A stretch of 64,000 nucleotides of DNA, from IMG/VR virus record IMGVR_UViG_3300042934_000594, positions 1-64,000 of that record; one strand, written 5' to 3'. The notes under the pieces were generated by a model. It saw only the letters and a list, made by a program, of their open reading frames with translations, did not search any database and was not told the origin of the DNA. Made by a program: the position numbers and the translations under genes. The first letter of the stretch is position 1; the number at the start of each line of letters is the position of its first letter. Below are positions 56,094-64,000 of the stretch, one piece after another.

Positions 56094-57380
56094 CTATGCC
56101 ACGTGCTTGATATTGGAGCGCACGTTGACAGCCTGTGTGGACGCGCCTGAGCCGTTTGAGTAGTAACCCTTGGTCATCGCGCGGACTGTGATGTAAAGCA
56201 GCACACCGGTCCTCACAGCTGCCACCACAGCCGGATTACGGCTACGGATCGCTTGTCCTACCATCCGCTCGGTGTATTCACGCAACTTGAGTACGGTGGG
56301 GTCACTGGAACGCGACGCCATCAACAGCGAACGCAGTTTAGCCAACAGCGCCGCGATGTCATTGGAATGACCCACCATGGTGCGGTTGTTTTGCAGGTAG
56401 TCGAACGTGTATAGCAAGTTCTCGGTGATAATCTCATCGAGGTAACCCATGTTGGGTTTGCCGTAGTTGTTGGACATGAACAGCAACGCTTCACGCAGCA
56501 ACTGCGGTGGCATTGACTGCATGGCCGAAGCAATGACTTCGACCAGCTCTTCACGGATGAAGTTACGTTCTGTCTGGACCACCATCTTCAGGTAACGCAT
56601 GTAATCGGCGTAACCGTTCTTACGGTCTTTGAGCACTTGTTCCCCATCGGTGTTGAGCATGGTCTCTGAGGTCGAACGAATACGTCCCCCAGACGCCAAG
56701 GTCTCCAGGTACACCGCGTAGATCTTCTTGACCACTTCCCGGATACGGCCTTGGGTGTCCGTCACCACCCGGATCAGGGACGGATCGGGCTCAAAGCGTT
56801 CGATGGCCTGGCGGTAGATCGAGTTAGGGGAAATCAGATCCTCTGCCCGCGCTTGCAACAAGGCGCGCCAGCTGCCGTACCGACGGATGTCAAACCGACC
56901 CGACAGGGAAGCGTAGGTGGCAGTGGCCACTTCAGGGTCAGCGGGGTAACGGAAACGCTTGACCAACAGTGACGTCAGGAACCGGTAGTGCAGGACCATG
57001 AACGCATGGGTCATGGCCTCGTGGCGCAGCGCTTGAGGGATACCGCTCTCTTTCTGAAGCCGGTGGCAGATGTAGATGGGGGTGTAGTTGAACACATCCG
57101 ACATCACCTTGAACTCGAAGTTGATGGCCTTGACCTTGCGAAAGGCTGCAAACAACAAGTCCTCGTCCACTTCCAGCACGTCTTCGTACCAGGCTTCCCG
57201 GTCAGACTCCAGAAAGCGAATAGGGTTAACCCCCAATAACACACCGCCAAAGAAGGCGGAGTGGTCATCGTTGCGGTTCATGTACTTGAGGGAAAACTGG
57301 ATCACCCGCTTGCAAAAAGCCGTATCGAATTTAACCTGATCAAACTGCTGATCGAAGGCTTCTTTGATGGTGAGGTTCAT
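56094..57380 (-). CDS. virion structural protein (phiKZ gp32-like)
   Basis: FFGG.LLGV, F.PD, DTQGRIR, RTG.LLY motifs; synteny. Confidence 0.75.
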   Translation of the reverse strand: MNLTIKEAFDQQFDQVKFDTAFCKRVIQFSLKYMNRNDDHSAFFGGVLLGVNPIRFLESDREAWYEDVLEVDEDLLFAAFRKVKAINFEFKVMSDVFNYTPIYICHRLQKESGIPQALRHEAMTHAFMVLHYRFLTSLLVKRFRYPADPEVATATYASLSGRFDIRRYGSWRALLQARAEDLISPNSIYRQAIERFEPDPSLIRVVTDTQGRIREVVKKIYAVYLETLASGGRIRSTSETMLNTDGEQVLKDRKNGYADYMRYLKMVVQTERNFIREELVEVIASAMQSMPPQLLREALLFMSNNYGKPNMGYLDEIITENLLYTFDYLQNNRTMVGHSNDIAALLAKLRSLLMASRSSDPTVLKLREYTERMVGQAIRSRNPAVVAAVRTGVLLYITVRAMTKGYYSNGSGASTQAVNVRSNIKHVA

Positions 57381-57473
57381 AAAAGACCCTGGCATGATGT
57401 TTGAAAATATTTAAGACCTAGATCATTGGGATGAATAAACCCAATTGTACCAACTACTAAGGAGTAGACTCAC

Positions 57474-58400
57474 ATGAAACACCCAATGTCGGCCCTCGCT
57501 CAATTCAACTTTGCTCAAGAACCTGAGGTCCGCCGAATCCAACAGGCGCTTAAGCACTACTACAACAGCCACATGGCTGAAGCTGCCAAAGCCCCTTTGG
57601 CCGATATCCACGATTTCGGTCTGTTTCTGTATCACGATGCACATGGCGAGACCGAACTTAAAGTCGCCTACCTGCCCACCGGTGATTACACCCTGGTGAG
57701 TTGCCCACCGGACGTGACTGGGTTTGATGCCAGCGAATGGTTCTTGACCCAAGTGGACCGTTGGTTGTCGGAGTACACCCCCGACCTCGTCCAACTGTTT
57801 GAGTCGCATGCCGAACAGGTGAGTGCCAAAGAGCATGCCTGGTACCGGGTGAACTCTGTGTCGGCTGAGAACGCCCTGGTGCTGCAAAAGCAGCTGGAAG
57901 ACAGTAACTTCTGGTTGACGACGATGAGTATGCGCACCGAAATGCTGCCGCGCTACCAGTACCCGATGATGTTGCACGACGAGCAAGGTCTGCATCAGGA
58001 CGAAAGCATCGTGACGCGTGAAGAGCTGCGTTACCGACTGAAGTTCTTTGTGGCTGACAACCCGGATGCATTCAAGCATCAAGGTCTGATGCAGCAAGTG
58101 ACCAGCATCTTCCTGGACGATGACTTCTACTTCTTCAATGCCTCGGTACTGGAGCGTGACGATCACCGCGTTCTGCAATACCGCGGCCGGCAGCGATTGG
58201 CGGCTGACGACCTGGCACCTCACTTCTTTGAGTTGCGCCTGGAGCTGATCGTCGAAAAGGCCGACCCCCACGCCGTGCTGTCCACTCTCGCCCGAGTGCG
58301 TGATGTCGTGGGGGACCGCCTTGAAGTGAAGGACGGTTCCATGATCTCGGAAGAAAATCGCTTCGGTAGCCTTAAGACCCGTGCGGGTCTGACGGAATAA
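57474..58400 (+). CDS. hypothetical protein
   Basis: AAGGAG RBS; 308 aa. Confidence 0.8.
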   Translation: MKHPMSALAQFNFAQEPEVRRIQQALKHYYNSHMAEAAKAPLADIHDFGLFLYHDAHGETELKVAYLPTGDYTLVSCPPDVTGFDASEWFLTQVDRWLSEYTPDLVQLFESHAEQVSAKEHAWYRVNSVSAENALVLQKQLEDSNFWLTTMSMRTEMLPRYQYPMMLHDEQGLHQDESIVTREELRYRLKFFVADNPDAFKHQGLMQQVTSIFLDDDFYFFNASVLERDDHRVLQYRGRQRLAADDLAPHFFELRLELIVEKADPHAVLSTLARVRDVVGDRLEVKDGSMISEENRFGSLKTRAGLTE

Positions 58401-58681
58401 AAGCGGCCCGCCGGCCGCCGTCATACAGGGTGAAACAACCAGGTACCCAAACAGAACGTGACGAAGCTAGAGACCTCTGTGTCTCTAGCGTTCTTCGAAA
58501 ACAACGTTCAGCTGTATAGAGAAATCTAAACAAAAATAACTTAAAAAGTGTATATATAGAGAGGGGGGACCGACACCGGAGGGGGCGGGACCCCCCTCCT
58601 TATTCTTTTATATTTTTTAGAGTTAGTTAGTGGTGATTATCACAGCATGTAGTTATTTAGTTTAATCTCCCAGAGGTGATT

Positions 58682-59656
58682 ATGAACGAAGACCGTAAAC
58701 CCGGTGTACTGCAACGACTCAAGACCGCTGTGCGCAAAGTGTTCAAACGCCCAGCCCCTGAACCCAAGACCTTGGACGACACCGTCAAGCGCAAGGACGC
58801 CATGCCGGAAGCGATGCGTCAACACGCCCCCGAGCGCGGTCCTCTGGAACTGCCTACTCGCCAGATAGGTGAAGTAGAGCATGTATTCTTCACTCAACAA
58901 CCCGCAGACCCATCCGGCGTTACTCTGCACCGAGAGGAGGTTGACCAGGTTCAGTGGTCGCTCGATTGGTTCATGACCACCGCCGTTGCCGACCGGGCTG
59001 CCTTCGAATCGTTTCTGATGGACAACTGGTCGTCCTTCCAGGGCAGTGCCATCACCGATACGATCTTTCGTACCAAGCTCATCCGATCCAAACTCACGGA
59101 TTTCTTCCGCGATCATCCCCAGATGCATTTTGTGTTGCCCAACGAGTACAACGGCATCAAGGTCATCCACTGGGGGATTGCCAAAGAAGAAGACCGCACC
59201 GCATTCATTGAGATGTTCCGTGAGAAACACTGGTTGATCCGTGGGTTCACGCCTATTGAAGCGGATGACTTCAGTTTCAACCAGCCCGATGCGCAAAAAC
59301 AGCTTGATGCCTTTCTGGGCGAGCACTACCTGACTACCGCCGTGCACCCGGAAACCTTGGCCAGTTTCCAAGCGGCGGCTGCGTTGGACCTGAATGCAAG
59401 CCCCGAACCCTTTACGGGCAACCCGTACATCGTGGACCCTAAATCACCGGTCGGTCAGGTGCTGGCCCGGCAGTCGGGCAAGGCTCGTGTACAGGATGCG
59501 GTCGACGACGTCATTGAGCGTCTGGGTGGGATCGTCCCTGATGAAGCCGGGCACGCCAGTCGGGTCACCCCGATGACGGAGAAGCCGGTAAAGTTCCGTC
59601 AACAGGGTCAACCTCGCAACACCCGTAAGAAATCTAAGAAACCTGGTAAGAAATAA
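58682..59656 (+). CDS. hypothetical protein
   Basis: GAGG RBS; basic C-terminal tail. Confidence 0.8.
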   Translation: MNEDRKPGVLQRLKTAVRKVFKRPAPEPKTLDDTVKRKDAMPEAMRQHAPERGPLELPTRQIGEVEHVFFTQQPADPSGVTLHREEVDQVQWSLDWFMTTAVADRAAFESFLMDNWSSFQGSAITDTIFRTKLIRSKLTDFFRDHPQMHFVLPNEYNGIKVIHWGIAKEEDRTAFIEMFREKHWLIRGFTPIEADDFSFNQPDAQKQLDAFLGEHYLTTAVHPETLASFQAAAALDLNASPEPFTGNPYIVDPKSPVGQVLARQSGKARVQDAVDDVIERLGGIVPDEAGHASRVTPMTEKPVKFRQQGQPRNTRKKSKKPGKK

Positions 59657-59665
59657 GGAGTGGAT

Positions 59666-60934
59666 ATGACTGATGAGAAGCGCCCCCTGATCCTGTGGTC
59701 CGGGGGTTTGGATTCAACGTTCCTGATGTACCAACAGCTGCTCAATGGGCCGGTGGATTACATTGTCATGGACGGGGGTCAAAGCCGGTCTAAGATCCGC
59801 ATGGAGGAGGAAGCGCGCACCAAGGCACTGAATTGGTTCGCTGCGCAGGGCCTGCCCTACCCGCATCAATTGAACACGGCCGATCCCATGACGCTGGCTA
59901 AGATGCCCGGCATCAGTTGGTCGCAAACGATCCCGTGGTTGATCGGTGCGTTGTATGCCGCGGACCATCGTAAGCACCACAGTGTGATGATCGCCTACGT
60001 GATCGGTGATGAACCAGTGCACCTGAAGGACGTCTTCAGTCAAACCTTCGAAGGCCTGCAACGGATTTCCAAACACGGTGACCCCGTTCCCCTGTGCTTC
60101 CCGTTCCTGGATGGGTTCGTCAACAAGCGCCGGATCTTGCACGAGATCCCCCGTGGCCTGCTCGAGTGCGTCTGGTACTGCGAGCTGCCTGAGAAAATCA
60201 ACGTCACCCCGTGTCAGTTTGAGATGGTCAGTGGCAAGCGGTGTGAATGGAAGGCTAACGATCAGTTGGTGATTGAGGTCATCCAGGAAGGGGATGTGGA
60301 ACGCGTCGAATTGAGTGCGCTTTACCTTCAACCTGAACACCGGGTGGTCATGCCCGACGGCTCTGTCGAGGTGGTCAGCAAAGCGGTCGAGCAAATCGAC
60401 AACGTGTACATCTGGCAGCGTTGCAATAACTGTCCGGCGTGTGTGACGCATGACCTGGAACTGGTGCGCTATCAGCGCCTGGGTAAACACATCGGCTATC
60501 GCAAGGATGTGGGCGTGGAGGATCCTGTACCTGCCCCGGGTAAAGAGCTGCCACCCCCGGACGCCACCGTGTTCCTGGTGGCCACCGCTGAGCAAGTCTT
60601 GACCATCGCGCAAAGCGGTCTCACCGCCGGCACCCAGTTCCACGCCACCTCAGAACAGGCCGCCCTGGAAGTCAACAACTGGCTGGCGGGTGGGTTCCCA
60701 GGGGACGACATCCGCGTGATCGAAGTGGACTACCATTCGGGCATGCGTGGGCAAGACGCTCCAGCCAAAGACTGGATCTTAGACTGTGCGTTGAGCACAG
60801 GTTTCATCCGCCGCCTGCGCGATCGCAATGGCACCCAACTGCTCTGGCCCGTCCCGTGGGAAGAAACAAGCACCCCGGACGACGTCGTCGAGCAACTCGT
60901 CGAACTGGCAAACACACTCAAAGAGGAGGTCTAA
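59666..60934 (+). CDS. QueC-like PP-loop ATPase with 80-aa spacer in the Zn site and C-terminal ART/Tpt1-like domain
   Basis: ILWSGGLDST PP-loop; WYC...CNNCPAC Zn ligands; extra about 120-aa C-terminal domain. Confidence 0.75.
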   Translation: MTDEKRPLILWSGGLDSTFLMYQQLLNGPVDYIVMDGGQSRSKIRMEEEARTKALNWFAAQGLPYPHQLNTADPMTLAKMPGISWSQTIPWLIGALYAADHRKHHSVMIAYVIGDEPVHLKDVFSQTFEGLQRISKHGDPVPLCFPFLDGFVNKRRILHEIPRGLLECVWYCELPEKINVTPCQFEMVSGKRCEWKANDQLVIEVIQEGDVERVELSALYLQPEHRVVMPDGSVEVVSKAVEQIDNVYIWQRCNNCPACVTHDLELVRYQRLGKHIGYRKDVGVEDPVPAPGKELPPPDATVFLVATAEQVLTIAQSGLTAGTQFHATSEQAALEVNNWLAGGFPGDDIRVIEVDYHSGMRGQDAPAKDWILDCALSTGFIRRLRDRNGTQLLWPVPWEETSTPDDVVEQLVELANTLKEEV

Positions 60935-61263
60935 TGAAACGCATCAAGGATCTGATTAAAGCGTATGCGGTGGCTCCCATCGAAGTGGACCATGATGACC
61001 TGATTGATGGCAACCTGACGGTGTGGTACTCCACCGACGGTACACACGCTGAGCAGCGGTTGCTCAAGCACGACAACGAACCCCTGGCCGAAGGCGATCT
61101 TTACTATGGGTTCATGCCGATCGAAGGTACACAAGTGGCGGTGATGAACTTCCATTACTTGCACAACCTGCGTACCAACCGTATAAGCCCGGCATTGCGC
61201 CAGTGGCCCCAAGGCTTTCGAGCCATCCTCAGCGGCACTGCTTACGTCACCCCCAAGGAGTAA
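60934..61263 (+). CDS. hypothetical protein
   Basis: TAATG overlap, GAGGAGG RBS. Confidence 0.75.
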   Translation: MKRIKDLIKAYAVAPIEVDHDDLIDGNLTVWYSTDGTHAEQRLLKHDNEPLAEGDLYYGFMPIEGTQVAVMNFHYLHNLRTNRISPALRQWPQGFRAILSGTAYVTPKE

Positions 61264-61265
61264 CC

Positions 61266-61361
61266 ATGGCTTCCATGTATGGCATGTACGGCCTTCGTCG
61301 TACCGTTAAATCCAAACCGTTGCCCAAAGCACTGAACAAGTTGCTGGCCCGGGCGAAGTAA
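61266..61361 (+). CDS. 31-aa basic peptide
   Basis: AAGGAG RBS; MASMYGMYGLRRTVKSKPLPKALNKLLARAK*; missed by ORF track. Confidence 0.55.
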   Translation: MASMYGMYGLRRTVKSKPLPKALNKLLARAK

Positions 61362-61459
61362 AGAAACACCCGTAGCAATGTAGTATGTAACAAACCCTTT
61401 CCCTTCAGCCAGACGCGGTGCGTCTGGTTTATTTCCTCACTGTAACTAGGAGTTTCACC

Positions 61460-62398
61460 ATGTCTAAGATCAAAGCCCGTCTGTACAACTGCGGTGGTGC
61501 CGGTACTGACCTCGGCCTGCAAGTGCAGTCGGACACGTTCACCAAGTGCTACGTCGATGCCAGCGACTCCAACCTCAAAGAAGGCATGGACAAAGCAGAC
61601 TGCTTCTTCATCCCAGGTTTGAAAGGATCGGGCAAGAACCGCGCTGAAAACGCCAAGATCATCGCGCCGATCATCCCTGAGATCATGGATGCTCACGAGC
61701 CAGGTGAATTCAACGTCGTGGTGTACTCGCTGGCCGGCGGCAGCGGTTCGGTGATCGGTCCGTACATCGTGCGCTACCTGTTGGAACAGAACCTGCCGGT
61801 GATCTCGGTAGTGATCGGTGTCACCGATTCGGCGACCGACATCAAGAACAGCATGAACACGCTCAAAACCCTGGAAGCGTTCTCGGCGGCTACCCGCTTG
61901 CCGGCGGTGGTCAACTACCACGAAAACGTGTCGGGCCAACCACAGCGTATCACCGACCAGAGCGTACTGTTCTGCCTGGAAGCTTTGGGCGACCTGTTGA
62001 CTCAGGAAAACGATCGTCTGGACTTGATGGACCTGACCAACGCGGTTCAGTTCCACAAGGTCACCCCGATCCCGGCGCAGTTGGCCTACATGGGCATCTT
62101 CGACAATCGTCAGTCGGCCACGCAAGTGCCTGAACCGATCGTCACCGTGTCGCTGTACCAAGACCCGGACAAGAACATCGCCGTGGGTCAACCACACGTG
62201 GCGTACGCCGGTCTGCCGCGCAACGAGATCACCTCCGAGCAGCTGCACTTCATCGTCAACACCGCGACCATGGAACAGATCACCACCGATCTGATCACCA
62301 GTCAAACGGCGTTGAACCAGAAGCTTGGCGGTTACCGCAGTCGTAAGCCGGTGGTCTCGGTCGACGACAACATGGCGGCCGATGGCCTGGTGCTCTAA
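61460..62398 (+). CDS. phuZ: PhuZ tubulin-like spindle GTPase
   Basis: CGGAG, G.GSGK.R, GGGSGS signature, D..D (RLDLMD) T7 loop, acidic C-terminal tail DDNMAADGLVL. Confidence 0.93.
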   Translation: MSKIKARLYNCGGAGTDLGLQVQSDTFTKCYVDASDSNLKEGMDKADCFFIPGLKGSGKNRAENAKIIAPIIPEIMDAHEPGEFNVVVYSLAGGSGSVIGPYIVRYLLEQNLPVISVVIGVTDSATDIKNSMNTLKTLEAFSAATRLPAVVNYHENVSGQPQRITDQSVLFCLEALGDLLTQENDRLDLMDLTNAVQFHKVTPIPAQLAYMGIFDNRQSATQVPEPIVTVSLYQDPDKNIAVGQPHVAYAGLPRNEITSEQLHFIVNTATMEQITTDLITSQTALNQKLGGYRSRKPVVSVDDNMAADGLVL

Positions 62399-62474
62399 CC
62401 CTCCCAGCAGCGGGGCTCTGAAAAGGGTCCCGTTTCACCCTTAGTTATGAGGGTAAGCACCGGGAGGACATGGC

Positions 62475-62987
62475 ATGTCAAAGTCCGCTGTCAAACACCT
62501 CGATCAGGCAGTGGCAACGGAGCTGGGCTTACAGAACAGTCCCTTCGCCATGACGTTCAAGCATGCACGACAACTTCACCGAGTGATCACAGGGTTTGTC
62601 TTTGCGTTCGAGAAAGACGGCCTGGTGCATTTCGACGAAGTAGGGATTTGGGACTCCACGCAGGGACTCAGGCATAAGGTCACCCGTTTCATCTCTCACC
62701 CTCGTATCGAACAACGGTTATCCAAAAGGCAGTACCAACGTTGGTACGTGCGAGATGAGAATGCTTTGTATCCCCTGCAAACAGCAAAGGTCGAGGACTT
62801 GAAAGATAACTTCTACTTTGTCGTGGACGACAACCCCTGTCACCGTACGCAGATAGTCATGAACGAAGAGACACAGTTCATCCGTAAGAAACCGTTGCTG
62901 GCAATGCGTAAACCTCACATCCCGTGGGGCGTACCCATGCCTGTCATCGTGGTCACCAAGCGTCAACGTATGGCCGTAGCAACATAG
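62475..62987 (+). CDS. hypothetical protein
   Basis: GGAGG RBS. Confidence 0.75.
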   Translation: MSKSAVKHLDQAVATELGLQNSPFAMTFKHARQLHRVITGFVFAFEKDGLVHFDEVGIWDSTQGLRHKVTRFISHPRIEQRLSKRQYQRWYVRDENALYPLQTAKVEDLKDNFYFVVDDNPCHRTQIVMNEETQFIRKKPLLAMRKPHIPWGVPMPVIVVTKRQRMAVAT

Positions 62988-63019
62988 CGCCCTCCCGGTT
63001 GTGGGAGGGCGTTTATGTC
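62982..63019. terminator. bidirectional GCCCTCCC-family hairpin
   Basis: acatag-cgccctccc-ggttgt-gggagggcg-tttatgtc. Confidence 0.7.
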
Positions 63020-63030
63020 GTCTTTTCTTT

Positions 63031-63741
63031 TTAGTTCAATTGCTCAAGCACCGGTCGCCAACACACCATGATGTCGGTGTCCTTGTCCATCAGTTCAAAC
63101 CCGTCCACCCCACTGCGCACCAGTCCATTGGTACCCCCGTCGGTTTCACGCGTCCAGGCCAGTTTATCCAACCCCAGCTCAACCGCTGTCATGCTGGCAA
63201 ACTGACCGTTCTGCAAAGCACCGAAGAGGCGGTTCCATTCCGAACCACTGCCATCGGAGGCTCCTACGGGATTGTTCACTGAACCGCGCAGCAGTCGGAG
63301 CTTGTATTGGCGCCCATCGATCGTGGCCAGGGTATTGCCGGTACTGAGGTCTGCTTGCTCCAGTTGGTTGTAGGAGACGTCAGACATGATGGGCAGCTTT
63401 GGAGTGTAAACGTAGTTACCGTCTACCATGAACTTAAGCCACGGGGTTTCACCGTTGATGGGTACGCCGTCATCCAGACCCACCGATGTGCGGATCAAGT
63501 TCACGGTGGTGAAGTCTTCTTGCGAGACCTCACCGTACCAGGCCAGGGTATCGTCCCCAGCCAGGCGCGTAGCGTTTGCCGTCACGGCCCGAAAGCCTAG
63601 AACTTCAAACCCACCCACCGTCACACCGTCATGGAACCGTAAGGCTTTCTTTTCCAGGTCAATCGACAGCCGACCTTCAGGGAGCAGCAGGGCATCGTTT
63701 TGTGCGGTAGTGCCCCGCGTGACTTTAATGTTCAAGTTCAT
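63031..63741 (-). CDS. virion structural protein, Mtd-N-like domain plus GEV/WLKF/SEWN/WRP family domain
   Basis: RGTTAQND...EG.L.ID.....L..HDG.T.GG N-terminus; WYGEV, WLKF.VDG, SEWNRL, WRPVLE. Confidence 0.7.
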   Translation of the reverse strand: MNLNIKVTRGTTAQNDALLLPEGRLSIDLEKKALRFHDGVTVGGFEVLGFRAVTANATRLAGDDTLAWYGEVSQEDFTTVNLIRTSVGLDDGVPINGETPWLKFMVDGNYVYTPKLPIMSDVSYNQLEQADLSTGNTLATIDGRQYKLRLLRGSVNNPVGASDGSGSEWNRLFGALQNGQFASMTAVELGLDKLAWTRETDGGTNGLVRSGVDGFELMDKDTDIMVCWRPVLEQLN

Positions 63742-63769
63742 TACAAACTCCAAGAGCTGCAACTTGCGT

Positions 63770-64000
63770 TTATTGTGGTACCAGTTCGAGTAAAGGCCGC
63801 CAGTTAAGGGTGGCTGAATTTACAGCCGCGCTGGTGAAGTACAAAGGTCCCGTGCCCCCGCGTAGCACGGCAGCACCACCTGCCGTGAGTTCCTGACAGA
63901 CGCTAGGAACCGTTAACCCCAGTTCGGCGTTACTGAAGTTCGCCCAGCGGCTGGCCTGCCCTAGGGAGGTGGTGATCGGGTTAAACAAACTGTTCCACTC
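63770..64000 (-). CDS. virion structural protein paralogue, 3' end (partial)
   Basis: EWNSLFNP...WRPLLEL C-terminus of the same family; runs off the window. Confidence 0.7.
   Translation of the reverse strand, partial: EWNSLFNPITTSLGQASRWANFSNAELGLTVPSVCQELTAGGAAVLRGGTGPLYFTSAAVNSATLNWRPLLELVPQ

Noticed and set aside
57423-62305. Long - strand ORFs (57423, 58640, 59714, 61247)
   Set aside because: Antisense to well-supported + strand genes with RBSs, including phuZ

Overview
This window is part of a phiKZ-like (Chimalliviridae, nucleus-forming) jumbo myophage genome. The evidence is a PhuZ tubulin, a phiKZ-type large terminase, and the phiKZ gp26-27-28 / tail sheath / tail tube / gp32 block in phiKZ order, plus class Ia ribonucleotide reductase, DHFR and an NAD-dependent ligase. 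A Pseudomonas host is inferred from a Pseudomonas-type LigA architecture and an AmrZ-like Arc protein. About 30 kb of small + strand accessory genes lie on the left. They include a proteasome/HslV-like Ntn peptidase, several ADP-ribosyltransferase-fold proteins, an HD protein, a DEDDh exonuclease and a stand-alone CapW-type winged helix. The most unusual region is 24.5-25.9 kb. Four real tRNAs (Tyr, Gln, Asp, Asn) are interleaved with four non-tRNA structured RNAs. Two of these keep tRNA D- and T-arms but have rebuilt anticodon and acceptor domains, and the two transcription units start with the same bipartite promoter. Other notable items are a QueC-like enzyme fused to an ART-like domain, an RNAP-beta fragment fused to an accessory protein, a 56-aa ORF copying the C-terminal helix of the tail tube, an ACAA-loop hairpin array in a 5' UTR, and a dispersed family of GCCCTCCC/GGGAGGGC hairpins. 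All family assignments come from motif recognition by eye; no searches or folding programs were run.
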